The position numbers and the translations under genes are program-made. DNA of 64,000 bases from an uncultured Nitrospiraceae bacterium (GTDB lineage Bacteria; Nitrospirota; Nitrospiria; Nitrospirales; Nitrospiraceae): contig CAVSTP010000004.1 in NCBI GenBank assembly GCA_963730935.1, positions 1,472,001 to 1,536,000 on the forward strand, written 5' to 3'. Position 1 is the stretch's first letter, and every line of letters begins with the position of its first letter. Shown here piece by piece: positions 1 through 10,518 of this stretch. The notes under the pieces are model-generated. The model was not told the DNA's origin, did no database searches, and saw only the letters and a list, made by a program, of their open reading frames with translations.

Positions 1-21
1 GGTTGCCATCTGCTGTTGGAA

Positions 22-501
22 CTAGCCGGATGTCTCAGCGTCCAGTCGCTCGAGACCCTCTCGGGCTTGAGCCACATAATAGCGATAGCGGGGTTGAGGA
101 AAGTTTGTGACGATCATCTGAAACATCTCACGTGCAAAGGACCGCCGTCCTCTTTCCCGCGCGATCTGACCGGCACGAAGGGCACAGGCCGCAGCCATCG
201 CCGATGGATCCGCCGAAAGGCGGACGCTCGGTCCCATGGACGCCGGCTCCTCACTCTCAGGGGATATCGGATTTCCGGCGGAGTCCGTCATGTTCCCGGC
301 GAGGCTCAATCGTTGTGCATCGACACGCATCGCATCAAGGTCTTCGCTTTGTGAGCAGTGGGTGTAGATGCCCCACACATCCATAAAGCGGCCATTGTCA
401 GCGAGCAATGGTGTTGAGGATTGGCTGCTCGTGCCGCATCCGCTGATTGCCAGCGGCAAGATCAGTACGAGGATGAACCACCAGCGATGCCTTTGACGCA
501 T
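22..501 (-). CDS. Hypothetical lipoprotein
   Basis: ATG 501 gives MRQRHRWWFILVLILPLAISGC (signal peptide + lipobox); helical C-terminus. Confidence 0.7.
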   Translation of the reverse strand: MRQRHRWWFILVLILPLAISGCGTSSQSSTPLLADNGRFMDVWGIYTHCSQSEDLDAMRVDAQRLSLAGNMTDSAGNPISPESEEPASMGPSVRLSADPSAMAAACALRAGQIARERGRRSFAREMFQMIVTNFPQPRYRYYVAQAREGLERLDAETSG

Positions 502-599
502 AAGACGCACTCTTTCCTTCTTTCCTGTTGTTCGTAACAAATACTTACACTGGGCGCAATGAGTATATGCAGTGCCCCCCAGTTGTGACTGCCACCCCG

Positions 600-624
600 G
601 CGTCAAGAAAAGACTCCCGACCCC
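600..624. repeat. Short REP-like repeat GCGTCAAGAAAAGACTCCCGACCCC
   Basis: 25-bp identical copy at 13524-13548; both intergenic. Confidence 0.75.
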
Positions 625-689
625 CTTCCCATGCCTCAGACGGCAGGATCGGGAGAACAGCAGAACGTCGTCAGGTGTCTGGAAACTGA

Positions 690-1082
690 TCAGAACGGGA
701 TGCGGAGACCCATCTGGAATTCACTCGGGGTGACACCCTGCCCAAACAAACTTCGAAGACCAGGATCAGTTTGACTGGAAGGGCTGCTATTCAACGACCG
801 GTCTACATCTGAGGAATAGCCGTGACCAAAACCTGCACCGATATAGGGCATGATCCTGGTCCCTTTAACCGAGTAGTCTCCGCTGATGGAGGGAATGTCC
901 CGGAAAGCTTTCGAGGCCGTCAATGATTCGAGAGAGAGGGCAGCTTCCTGGCCAACCATCTGGTTCTTTAAAGAGGCCGGATCGACTTTGTCGATAGTCC
1001 CCTCACCTGCCGCTCCCAGATTGGGGAGTGACAATAGAGCCAGAAAACACGTCACCGATATGATCGCAGCAGGGTGCCTCAT
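690..1082 (-). CDS. Hypothetical exported protein, outer-membrane beta-strand-like C-terminus
   Basis: Signal peptide MRHPAAIISVTCFLALLSLP; PYIGAGFG motif; ends FQMGLRIPF (terminal Phe). Confidence 0.6.
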   Translation of the reverse strand: MRHPAAIISVTCFLALLSLPNLGAAGEGTIDKVDPASLKNQMVGQEAALSLESLTASKAFRDIPSISGDYSVKGTRIMPYIGAGFGHGYSSDVDRSLNSSPSSQTDPGLRSLFGQGVTPSEFQMGLRIPF

Positions 1083-1168
1083 CTGCCAGGGTCCCTTCCC
1101 ATGATTTTCAACATATAAAACACAATACCCAAGAGTCAAGCTCCGCGACGCCAATACCCATCATTCTG

Positions 1169-1348
1169 TCACGGCTTCTTTCGATATACGTTGAGCCCAA
1201 CCTTTTCCGCCCGATCCGGAATCGTCACATTTCCCTCCGTCGAGGCGATGATGATGGTCTTCCCCGATGCAGAGGGTCCAAACTCCTTCGAGAGATCCAC
1301 CCTGATTGTCAGCATCGTTCCCTCGACAGTCATCTCAACGTTCTTCAT
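1169..1348 (-). CDS. Small conserved hypothetical protein (59 aa)
   Basis: RBS GGAGGAG before ATG; MKNVEMTVEGTMLTIRVDLSKEFGPSASGKTIIIASTEGN is a widespread small-protein pattern. Confidence 0.8.
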   Translation of the reverse strand: MKNVEMTVEGTMLTIRVDLSKEFGPSASGKTIIIASTEGNVTIPDRAEKVGLNVYRKKP

Positions 1349-1495
1349 GATGGTCTCCTCCCCACCGGTTCGACTCGGTGAACCCCCACAGCACATAGGT
1401 CTGCGTTGAATAGAAACGGCTGAGGCAGATTACATCGGCTCGCTTATTATTGATAGCAGCCGTTACGGTCCATTCCAACGCGCGTCGGGAAGAAG

Positions 1496-1517
1496 AAAAG
1501 GGGACAGGCTACTTTTC
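1496..1517. repeat. REP-like repeat AAAGGGGACAGGCTAC
   Basis: Same motif or its reverse complement at 5293-5328, 7471-7492, 34535-34598. Confidence 0.7.
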
Positions 1518-1573
1518 AGCAAAAGCCTGTGGAAGGCGTATGAGGCGAGCGGAAAGGAAGTGTTTGGCGATCG

Positions 1574-1894
1574 TCACCATTGCCGATTGGTCCAATTAAT
1601 TTCCAGCTCTCGTTGCTTGAGTTCACCGTACAGACGCTCGAGGTCCCGGCCTTGCGGAGTACTGTCCAGCACAGCGGCGAGCGATTCTTGGCTGAGATGG
1701 CTCGAGGCCAGAGCGGCTGCAACCTTCTGGGCCTGTTCAGGAGTCGCTGTCTCGATCACGGCCAACTCGCCGTCACCGGATCGCACAAAGGCAATGGTGG
1801 CGGGGGGATGCTCTTTCACGAACGTTCTCAGTCGCTGCTCAAGCGCTAACGACAGCGGCGTCTCATGAGGGATATAGATTTTCGAGCCCACCAT
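1574..1894 (-). CDS. Hypothetical protein, degenerate RRM-like fold
   Basis: MVGSKIYI...LAVIETATPEQAQKVAAAL parallels the bacterial RRM pattern MGSKIYVG...FGFVEMST.EEAQ.AI.AL. Confidence 0.5.
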   Translation of the reverse strand: MVGSKIYIPHETPLSLALEQRLRTFVKEHPPATIAFVRSGDGELAVIETATPEQAQKVAAALASSHLSQESLAAVLDSTPQGRDLERLYGELKQRELEINWTNRQW

Positions 1895-1907
1895 ATTTGG
1901 AAAGCCT

Positions 1908-2177
1908 TCAATCCAGGGGTTTCACGTTGTTGAGCAGATCAAGCGCGCTGAACTCGATCAGGTCTTTCTCCTCCCTCGTCAGCATGCCGTTGTGCGCCAA
2001 CCGCTGATGCAGGGCTTCGCACGCGCTGATGAAATCCATCGTTTCCTGAGACAACATCAGGCGGCTCTTTCTGAGCTTGTCTGTCGAGCATGGGATCGAT
2101 TCCATGCGCGCCCACGACCTAACTGAAGTGTCGTGGACCCGTCTCCGGCCGCGGCTATGGGAATAATTTGATGACAT
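1908..2177 (-). CDS. Hypothetical protein
   Basis: RBS GGGAGA before ATG 2177; helical C-terminal half; co-oriented with the next ORF. Confidence 0.5.
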   Translation of the reverse strand: MSSNYSHSRGRRRVHDTSVRSWARMESIPCSTDKLRKSRLMLSQETMDFISACEALHQRLAHNGMLTREEKDLIEFSALDLLNNVKPLD

Positions 2178-2384
2178 GCGTTTCTCCCGTACAGACGCTT
2201 CTAACGTTCATAGGCGGTAGCGCTCAACGACACTTCATCTCACAGCCCATGCCTCTCGGCCAGGCAGACTGCTCATTGAAACCATACCACCCGCCGCGGG
2301 CGATTGTCGCAGTAAAAGGATCGTTCTAATGTTTCAGCGTAATAGTTGACGACCCTCCCGGCTCTGCTAGACTTTTCCCACACC

Positions 2385-3555
2385 ATGTATCAGACGCTGA
2401 TTGCAGCGTGCCTTCTCCTGGCTGTCACGGAGGCCGCCCACGCGGGCCCGCGACAAGACATCTTTCGCCACGCCAAAGCGGCGACCGTGCTCATCGTCGG
2501 GACCGACGAGGCCACTCATAGCCTCTCCCTGGGAAGCGGATTTTTCGTGGATGCCGGCGGCCTCGTGGTCACCAATGCCCATGTGATCGAGGAGAGTTCC
2601 CGTCTCTACGTCTATGTCCTCGATCGAGAAATTTATGACGCCCCGGAGGTCGTAGCCGTGGACGCTGATGCGGATCTGGCCGTCCTCCGCATCCCGCACA
2701 CCCCGTCCGATTCGCTCACTCTCGCAGCGGACCCGACGCCCGAAGGGACCGAAGTCATCGCCGTCGGCTATCCCCGGATCACGGATATTCTCAACATGGG
2801 CTTCGCACTGCATGCCACGAGCATCCCGGGGACGGTCAGCGGCCTCGTGCAGGGACCATCAAGGACGAATGGACGAGCCACAGAGTTTCTTCAAACCACC
2901 GGTCTGCTCAATTTCGGGAACAGCGGAGGTCCGCTCGTGCGGAGCGACTCCGGCGAGGTGGCGGCCATGGTGGTCACCACCGTCCCCTACTTGGAGCGGG
3001 CGAAAGATGCGCAGGGCGTTGCGATCGGAAGCGTCATGATGAAATCGGGTATCAGTTATTCAATCCCGGCCTCGACGATCCGGCAATGGCTGGCCGCGAA
3101 ACATCTGTCGACATCCCCGCCTCAACCGGTCTTGGTCCAACCGCCGCTCACCGACGCCGTTAACCCCAAAGCCGACCGTGCCTTCGCGACCGGGCATCTG
3201 CTGCAAACCATGGCGATGATGCTTCATCGAGGATGCCGATCTCTTGAAGCTGGCCGTCCGCCACTATAATGTGGCCGCCGAGCTCCGGCCGGAGGCTTCG
3301 TGGATCTTCCGGAAACTCGGGTCGGCGCATGCATCGCTCGAGCAATGGGATCAGGCAGTACAAGCCTACCGCAAGGCGTTGGCTCTGGCCCCCGATGATC
3401 CGGAACTCCGCGCCGATGCGGCCGTCGCCCAGCAGCGATCGGGCCGGGCCGAGGAAGCGGCGACGTTGTCGCAAGCCACGCTCAAAGACACTCGCCTCAA
3501 ATCCGCCGTCTCTGCTGAGATGGCCGGAAAACTCAACGCTGAAACTGCAAAATAA
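2385..3555 (+). CDS. Trypsin-like (S1C) serine protease with C-terminal TPR domain, frameshifted at about 3228
   Basis: GSGFFV, TNAHV, DLAVL, GNSGGPL triad motifs; removing one C at 3228 joins ...MMLH-EDADLLKLAVRHY... to the TPR ORF 3244-3555. Confidence 0.8.
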
Positions 3556-3576
3556 ATGGGAGTGAGTAAAACGGGA

Positions 3577-3602
3577 TTGAGCCGGCTCCTAGGCCGGCTC
3601 AA
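3577..3602. terminator. Hairpin between convergent genes
   Basis: TTGAGCCGGC-tcctag-GCCGGCTCAA perfect 10-bp stem. Confidence 0.55.
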
Positions 3603-3616
3603 GCCGTGTAAACCTT

Positions 3617-3937
3617 CTACTTCGGCGCTCCAGCAGCTGCCTCGGCAGGTTTAATGGACAACGCGTGGCCCTTTTCCGACGCCTGGGCCTCGATCTTATC
3701 GCCGGCCTTCAGCGCACCTTCCACCTTAGTGGTTTTATCGACATGCAAGCGGATTTCTTTGCCTGAAGCATCCTTCACCACATAAAACTCTCCGTCAATC
3801 TTCAGCAGGTCGCCTTTGATCGCCTGCGCGCCAGGTGCCGCCTTATCGCCCGACGCTGCCATGGGCTCAGCTGCGTACGTCAGGGATGTCATCCCAAGGA
3901 TCGCTGCGAAACCGAGCAAACCGAGAAGCTTCTTCAT
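3617..3937 (-). CDS. Exported small beta-rich (OB-fold-like) protein
   Basis: RBS AGGAGG; signal peptide MKKLLGLLGFAAILGMTSLTYA; IKGDLLKIDGEFYVVKDASGKEIRLHVD. Confidence 0.8.
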   Translation of the reverse strand: MKKLLGLLGFAAILGMTSLTYAAEPMAASGDKAAPGAQAIKGDLLKIDGEFYVVKDASGKEIRLHVDKTTKVEGALKAGDKIEAQASEKGHALSIKPAEAAAGAPK

Positions 3938-4144
3938 GGGAACACCTCCTTGAGAATAATTGTGTAGGGACAAGTAGTACATCTACTGTAGGCGCTCCTA
4001 TGCACCTGAGCAACCGGTATTTCATAGGCCCTAGGCGTTATTTGGCTCGGACAACATTGAGCAATATTGACCAGACATCCTCTTGCCTCCACCGGAGAAT
4101 GGACTGCACTCTCCAGTTCCGCGTACATCCCTGCGAGGCATCTG

Positions 4145-4300
4145 ATGGCAGCTCCTTACACTCCAGTCATGCAATCGCGTATAGCGACGATCACAGCAGA
4201 CCACATCTGGACCCGGCACTGTCCGGCGTGCAGAAAGTGGCTGCAAAAAACCTCGCCTTTGGCTTCCTGGATCTGCGCCTGCGGATGGCGATGTCCGTGA
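4145..4300 (+). CDS. Possible small zinc-ribbon protein
   Basis: CPAC...CACGW motif; followed by a GC-rich segment and T8 run (about 4301-4328); start uncertain. Confidence 0.35.
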   Translation: MAAPYTPVMQSRIATITADHIWTRHCPACRKWLQKTSPLASWICACGWRCP

Positions 4301-4514
4301 GGCTTGCCCGGGCCTAGGCCTTTTTTTTCGCAATCAGATCGTTCTTCACGGATTTCACACCCGGAACTTGCCAGGCGGACCACGATATTTGGGCACTCGT
4401 CGGGAGGTCGGCCACTTCGCTGCTCAATGAGACCACACCTGCGAAGGGCCAAGAAGCGTAAGAGATAGAAATTTGTTTCGTGCATACGGGCGAGAAGATT
4501 CTGCAAGGACCAAC

Positions 4515-4820
4515 ATGAAAGCAGACACATATAGATCGCTGCAGCGTAGTTGGGTGTTAGCACGCAAGAGACGGGCCGTGGATAAGAAAGGTCTGGCAGT
4601 CGCCCTCACATTTCTCGTCGCCATGTTCGTCGGGGTCCGGGAATGCGGCGACACAACGATAGAACAGGTCAGCAGCGCCTTGCAGGAGCAGCCGGATCTC
4701 TCGACTGAAATCGAGATCCGTTCGGCAGGCAGGATGGCTCGCGAAGCGGAGTTTTCAGGGCCAGTTCAAGCGATGACAGCGGTCAGGCGAGACCTGGACG
4801 ACCCGAGGCTGCCGCGGTGA
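4515..4820 (+). CDS. Hypothetical membrane-anchored protein
   Basis: AAGGA RBS before ATG 4515; one hydrophobic segment. Confidence 0.4.
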   Translation: MKADTYRSLQRSWVLARKRRAVDKKGLAVALTFLVAMFVGVRECGDTTIEQVSSALQEQPDLSTEIEIRSAGRMAREAEFSGPVQAMTAVRRDLDDPRLPR

Positions 4821-4922
4821 CACGACGCGGGGTCTTCCTAGTTACTGAGTAGGGACAACCGCGTACAGGCTGTAACCTCGCTAGAAGTGGATTGGGGCAA
4901 ACCATTTACCGGAGGTGCCGAC

Positions 4923-5276
4923 ATGCTCAGGAATGCAATCTGGGTTATCGTCTTCGGACTCATTCTTGGTGGTTGTGCAAGCGACCCAAAGATAGAAACG
5001 ATGCAGTCTTCTGGTGGCACTACATCCACCGTGTCGAGCCCGACGATGTCCGCTCCGGCAGCCACCGAATCGACTTCCACAAGCCCGAAAATGTCCACTG
5101 CGCCGGCCACCGAACCCAAGTCCATGAACCAGGCGAAATCAGAGACCCGTATCGCGGCAGGAGTTGAAGAAGAGACGTTGGACACGTGTCTGGGCCGCAT
5201 TCCCAAGGATGCCACGGCGGGCCAGAAGATGATGGCTGAGCATACGTGCCGTCGGGATTTTTCGGGTCGCCGTTAA
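4923..5276 (+). CDS. Lipoprotein with Ser/Thr-rich linker and C-terminal Cys pair
   Basis: GGAGG RBS; lipobox ILGGC; TLDTCLGRIPKDATAGQKMMAEHTCRRD. Confidence 0.75.
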   Translation: MLRNAIWVIVFGLILGGCASDPKIETMQSSGGTTSTVSSPTMSAPAATESTSTSPKMSTAPATEPKSMNQAKSETRIAAGVEEETLDTCLGRIPKDATAGQKMMAEHTCRRDFSGRR

Positions 5277-5292
5277 AGGTTCCTCGTGCACT

Positions 5293-5328
5293 AAAAAAGG
5301 GGACACGCAAATCAGCCTGTCCCCTTTT
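5293..5328. terminator. REP-derived hairpin flanked by A and T tracts
   Basis: AAAAGGGGACA...TGTCCCCTTTT directly after the lipoprotein stop. Confidence 0.55.
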
Positions 5329-5456
5329 CCCTCTGAATCAGCCCTCCGTTGTGTACTCCAACCTTTCCCTCACTAGGTGATCTCCTCGTCTCCGTCAACG
5401 GGCGATCCGTTTACCATTGAGCGGGGCCTCTCACACCTCTCAAGGAGGAAAGAGCT

Positions 5457-6431
5457 ATGACACAGACAATGCCGTCTACCATGCGGGCCGCCGCCATAGA
5501 CCGGTTCGGCGGTCCTGAGCTGATCGTGTTGCACAAGCTGCCCGTGCCCGAAGTCGAGCCCGACGAGGTGCTGATCCGAATCGAATCGGCTGGCGTGGCC
5601 GAGTGGGACCCGCTCGAGCGTGAAGGCGGATTCGTCAAGATGCTTGGCATGACGCCGACCTTCCCGTATGTGCTCGGCACCGATGGAGCCGGTACCGTCG
5701 CCGCAGTCGGCAAGCAGGTCACGGGATTCAAGGAAGGAGACAGGGTCTACGGCGCCTCTCTCGCAAATCCCAAAGGCGGGTTCTATGCCGAGTACGCCTC
5801 CGTGAAGGGTGAGTATGTGTCGCGCATTCCCGACAAGCTGTCGATCGAACAGGCGGGCGTGATGCTCTCCGACGCCGTCACAGGCCTGCGGGGTCTGGAC
5901 GACGTCCTCAAATTGAAGCGCGGAGAGTCGGTGATGATCTTCGGCGCCAGCGGCGGCATCGGGCATATGGCCGTGCAACTGGCCAAACGGATGGGTGCGC
6001 GCGTCTTCGCAGTCGCATCCGGCGACGACGGAGTGTCTCTGGCAAAGCGATTGGGCGCCGACGCCGTCGTGGACGGGCACCGGGATGACGTGGCCGCCGC
6101 CACTCGAAGGTTTTCCGCTGACGGCGTGGATGCCGCACTCGTCCTGGCCGGTGGCGAGGCCGCCGATCAGGCGCTCACGGCCGTGCGCGACGGCGGACGC
6201 GTCGCCCATCCCAACGGCGTAGAACCCGAACCCAAAGCGCGGCCCGGTCTGAAGGTTAGTGCCTATGACGGCCAACCGGACCGCCAGATCATCGACAAGC
6301 TCAACCGGCTCATCGAGGCGGGTCCATTCGAGGTCCACATCGCCCACATGTTCCCGCTCGAGCAAGCGGCTGATGCGCACCGGGCGCTCGAGGCGCACCA
6401 TCTCGGCAAGCTGGCACTGCGACCGCGTTGA
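5457..6431 (+). CDS. NADP-dependent oxidoreductase (MDR / quinone oxidoreductase family)
   Basis: MRAAAIDRFGGPE, LGTDGAGTV, GASGGIGHMAVQLAK, HHLGKLAL. Confidence 0.92.
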   Translation: MTQTMPSTMRAAAIDRFGGPELIVLHKLPVPEVEPDEVLIRIESAGVAEWDPLEREGGFVKMLGMTPTFPYVLGTDGAGTVAAVGKQVTGFKEGDRVYGASLANPKGGFYAEYASVKGEYVSRIPDKLSIEQAGVMLSDAVTGLRGLDDVLKLKRGESVMIFGASGGIGHMAVQLAKRMGARVFAVASGDDGVSLAKRLGADAVVDGHRDDVAAATRRFSADGVDAALVLAGGEAADQALTAVRDGGRVAHPNGVEPEPKARPGLKVSAYDGQPDRQIIDKLNRLIEAGPFEVHIAHMFPLEQAADAHRALEAHHLGKLALRPR

Positions 6432-6479
6432 GGATGACGTGAAGGACCATTATCTTAGATGTGAGATCTGAGAGCCTGG

Positions 6480-6907
6480 CTGCTGCGGTCGGCATTCTCA
6501 CCCGCCCAACCCTGGGCAATCCTTTTCACCCACCGACCCACCGATTGCTTTGCAATCGTTTACCCGGGACGCGCCTTTTCCCAGGCGGCGATGGCGAGAC
6601 GCACTGTTCGAGGTTCGTTCAGACGCAGTCTGGAACGAACCAAGTTGCGGAGCCAAGCAGCGATAGCACCATGCGGTTTCACTCATCGCTGAGCAATGGC
6701 GACCCTCCGCCTGTATCCCTTCTGGTGTGCGCGTTGGGCGAGCAAAGGAAGCTGCCTAGCCTACCCATTCACTATTTTGCGGAGCCAAGCAGTGGGAGCG
6801 CACTGCGTTTTAGCCCTCGCCTGAGCAGGAATGGCCTATCCACCCTCTACCACCAAATTGCGGAGCCAAGCGGCGGTCTGCCATGCAGCTTCACCCATCG
6901 CTGAAGC
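6480..6907. repeat. Composite mosaic repeat locus
   Basis: 6495-6667 is a near-identical inverse of about 23965-24139; three GCGGAGCCAAGC modules; 6721-6770 matches 56391-56439. Confidence 0.9.
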
Positions 6908-6925
6908 GTGGACAACCACCCTCCC

Positions 6926-7366
6926 CTAACGCTCATTCACATAGTAGCTCGGCAAGAGGGATCCCAACCCCTCTTTGATCTGACCGACGAGGTTGCTGAT
7001 CTGATACGCTTCCTCTCCGAGCGCTTGGACATCTTCCGCGGTCTTCGTCCCGTTCGTCTTTGGTTGACAGACGGCGTCAGTGAGAACGTAGTACTGATGG
7101 TTCACTTTAGAGAACAGCGTCGTCAGCTGCTCGTCGATTTTTGGCTGCAGGGTTCTGCGGTTGTCGATATCGAGGTCACGGATAATCCATAACGACAATC
7201 CAATCAGCGCGAGACCTCCCAGTCCTAAGAAGGCGTCAGTCCATCGGATCTCTCGACGCCACAAAATGATCATCACCACGACGATGAGCACTATGAAACC
7301 CAGACCCATGCCAAACAACATGCCATAAGATTCTGCAAGCCTCCAAAGAACGTCGGTTGTGGTCAT
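6926..7366 (-). CDS. Hypothetical membrane protein (2 TM + helical domain)
   Basis: RBS GAGGAG; two hydrophobic segments; truncated paralog at 12152-12294. Confidence 0.7.
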   Translation of the reverse strand: MTTTDVLWRLAESYGMLFGMGLGFIVLIVVVMIILWRREIRWTDAFLGLGGLALIGLSLWIIRDLDIDNRRTLQPKIDEQLTTLFSKVNHQYYVLTDAVCQPKTNGTKTAEDVQALGEEAYQISNLVGQIKEGLGSLLPSYYVNER

Positions 7367-7620
7367 GGTGAGTCTCCTCATGGCAGGTGATGGCCACTCA
7401 GCCTATTCGCATCTGAAAAAGAAAAATGGCCCAGTTATCTCGGCCTTTGATAGCACAGGCAGGTTTGACGAAAAAGTAGCCTGTCCCTCTTTGCCTCTCC
7501 AAACGGGCGGTGGAAATCGGCATCACAAGGGTGATGACTCCTGCTTGGCCTCCGGGTACTATTGACCCGGCCTGAAGGGGGACGGCGTCACGGCGGAGCC
7601 ATTCCCCTCGAGGAGATCCT

Positions 7621-9769
7621 GTGATCCCCAATTGGCGGATCGGAACCAAGCTGCTCGTCCTCACCGTCCCGCTCATCGCGGTAGCGACACTGCTGGCGAC
7701 ATGGACGCTGCACACGCGCAATGCAGAGCGCCTGCAGGAAATGCTCAAGCACCGCGCCCACAGCATTGCGGCTCAAGTCATGGCCGATCGGCAGTACTAC
7801 GGCGCTGTGGTCGTGCCCCGCGTGGGTGACCTGAAAGGCTCGCTCGGACCCGACTATCGTGACGTTCACGGGCGCTTTCCATTACCCGCGACCTTCGTGC
7901 GCGAGGTGTCCGAACAGCTCGCCCGTTCGGGAGACGGGTACATCACACGGCTGATCAGCCCCTGGCCGATCAACAAAGAAATGGGACCAAAAGATTCGTT
8001 CGAGACCGACGGATTCGCGGCGCTGGCCCATAGTCCCGGCGACCCGTTCGTGAGGACCGATACGGTGGAAGGCCGAGCGGTCATGCGGGTCCTGATGGCC
8101 GATGTTGCCACGTCGACCTCCTGCGTCAGCTGTCACAACGCCCATCCGCAGAGTCCCAAACATGATTTTCACCTCTACGATGTGATGGGCGGCCTGGAAG
8201 TCATCATCCCGATGGACCAGTATCTCGAGGAAACCCGGCAGGACATGGCAATGACGCTAGGCAGTGGACTAGTCCTGTGCTTCCTGGTGTTAGGCATCGT
8301 GTCCGTCGGCGCGCGGTGGACCGTGACCCGTCCGTTGGCTCACATCGCGGAGCGGATGGCGCAGTTCATGAGGCAGCAGCCGGATGAGCAGGTCTCGGGG
8401 CAAACACCGGCATTACCCAGCGGGGATGAAGCGGCCTACCTGACGCAATCGTTCTCCAAGATGGCGAGCGTCATTCGCTCGCAGCAGACCGCCTTGCAGG
8501 AAGCCAATGCCTCCTTGGAGCAACGCGTGCAGGAGCGAACGGCCGAGCTGCGCCGCACGATGGCCGAGAAAGAGCGCATCGGGAGCGAACTTCGAATCGC
8601 CAGCGAGATCCAGAAATCAATTCTGCCTCGCACGTTCCCGCCGTTCCCAGACCGCGAGGACTTCGAGATTTATGCGACGACGATCCCGGCGCTGGAAATG
8701 GGCGGAGATTTTTACGACTTCTTCTTGATCGATGACAAACGGCTCGGCGTCGTCATCGCCGATGTCTCGGGCAAAGGCGTCCCGGCGGCCATCTTCATGG
8801 CCGTCAGCCGCTCGCTCCTCAAAGCCACGGCGTTGGCGTCCGTCTCTCCGAGCGAATGTTTGGAACACGTCAATCGGCTGCTCTGCCCCGACAATGATTC
8901 CGCGATGTTCGTGACCGTCTTCTACGGCATCCTGCATACCGACACCGGGGAGTTGGAATTCAGCAACGGCGGCCATAACGTCCCCTATGTCATCGGCGGC
9001 GAGCGCATCGTCCCCGTCGGAACACCGGCGGCCATGGCACTTGGCGTCCTGAGACGATGCGCGGTATCACACCAGCCGCATGTCGCTCAACGCCGGCGAG
9101 ACGCTCCTGCTCTATACCGACGGGGTGACGGAAGCGATGGACGCCCAGGGCCACCTCTTCTCGACGCCGCGGTTCGAACAGACGCTTCAACGGCTGGCCG
9201 ACCAGCGGCCCGTGCACCTCCTCACGAAGCTGGTTGAGGACGTGCAAGCGTTCTCCAGCGGGGCCTTGCAGGCGGACGATATCACGCTGCTGGCGCTGCA
9301 ATATCGGCAGCCGGCCCTTCTGGAACTCACACTGGCCAATCGCTCCTCTGAACTGCAACGGCTGGCCTCGGAGTTGGAGCGGTTCGCACAGAACCATCGG
9401 ATTCCGGAGCCGGACGTGCACGCCGTGTCGTTGTCCCTCGACGAAGTCATCACGAACACCATCGCCTACGGCTACGACGATCAGGGAGCGCATGACATCC
9501 GGGTGCGTCTGACGCTGGCGAACGGTCGGCTGTCTGCCGAAGTCGAGGACGATGGACGGCCATTCAATCCGCTCACGGCTCCCAAACCGGATCTCACGAG
9601 CGGCGTCGAAGATCGGCCGGTGGGAGGACTCGGCATCCACCTGGTGCGATCGCTGATGGAGCAGGTCGACTATCATCGCGAATCCGGCAAGAATCACCTC
9701 ATCATGAGCAAGCGGCTGAGCGCGGTCGCGCAAGCCGAGACAAAGGCGGGACATCATGGAGATTTCTGA
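7621..9769 (+). CDS. Heme-c (DUF3365-like) sensor - HAMP - SpoIIE/RsbU phosphatase - RsbW-type HATPase fusion, frameshifted at about 9052
   Basis: CVSCH; GGDFYDF, DVSGKG, YTDGVTEA, DDITLL; DEVITN, EDDGRPFNP, GGLGIHLVR; removing one base at 9052 joins the two ORFs. Confidence 0.88.
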
Positions 9770-10094
9770 GCGGAAAGTGGGCGAGGTTTGTGTCGTAGGG
9801 ATTAACGGAAGGCTGGACTCGGGCACCTCGGACAGCCTCGCGCAACGGCTGCACCATCTGATCGATGGCGGGGAACGACGCCTGGTGATCGATGGAGAAA
9901 AGCTCGACTACATCAGCAGCACTGGGCTCCGGGTGCTGCTCGTCGCCGCCAAACGCCTCAAGGCCGTCGATGGCAGGATTGTCCTCTCGTCGCTCAAGCC
10001 GCATATTCTCGAGGTCTTCGAGATCGCCGGCTTCACGTCTATCTTCCCGATCTACGGCACCGCCGATCAGGCCGCAGCACAGATCTCGGCGTAA
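9756..10094 (+). CDS. STAS-domain anti-sigma factor antagonist
   Basis: GRLD, LDYISSTGLRVLL phosphoacceptor motif. Confidence 0.92.
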   Translation: MEISERKVGEVCVVGINGRLDSGTSDSLAQRLHHLIDGGERRLVIDGEKLDYISSTGLRVLLVAAKRLKAVDGRIVLSSLKPHILEVFEIAGFTSIFPIYGTADQAAAQISA

Positions 10095-10107
10095 GTTTGG
10101 AGTTGGA

Positions 10108-10432
10108 AGTGGATGGCCGCCTGTTGCTCCGCGATGGTAAAACCGCACAGCCTATCGCTCCTTGGCTCCGCAAACTTGGTCCGTCCTAGACTACGTCCGG
10201 ACGGACCTTCGAACACTGCGTCTCGCCATCGCCTGCGGCGACCGCAGCCATAGGCCGTGCACCCATCGCAAGTCGCATGAGGCCACCATCCACCTCCATG
10301 AGCGGACGAGTAAGAACCGGGCGCCCAGATCGACGCCATCCGAAAACATGCAGGCCATGCATCACAATCACAAATCTTCAAGAGACGAGCATCCGCCTTA
10401 GGAGGGAAAAACGAGCAAGCTCGGAAGGAGCA
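10108..10432. repeat. Mosaic repeat locus
   Basis: CTTGGCTCCGCAAACTTGGTCCGT-hairpin-CTTCGAACACTGCGTCTCGCCATCGCC and ACGAGCAAGCTCGGAAGG modules. Confidence 0.85.
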
Positions 10433-10469
10433 TTTGATATGTGAAATTCGAGATCGCGTTTCGCGCGTA

Positions 10470-10498
10470 TTGACATCCTTTCAAGTCCTCAATATCGT
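10470..10498 (+). promoter_or_regulatory. Sigma70-type promoter
   Basis: TTGACA-N17-TATCGT upstream of the Na/Pi cotransporter. Confidence 0.55.
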
Positions 10499-10518
10499 CT
10501 CGATGGTTTAAGACTGGA

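Noticed and set aside
6645..6907. Three GCGGAGCCAAGC repeats resembling a CRISPR array
   Set aside because: Uneven spacing, intervening DNA is itself repeat-derived, motif is dispersed across the window, no cas genes.
9040..9065. Programmed frameshifting as the explanation for split genes
   Set aside because: No slippery heptamers, and breaks fall inside domains at unrelated sequences.
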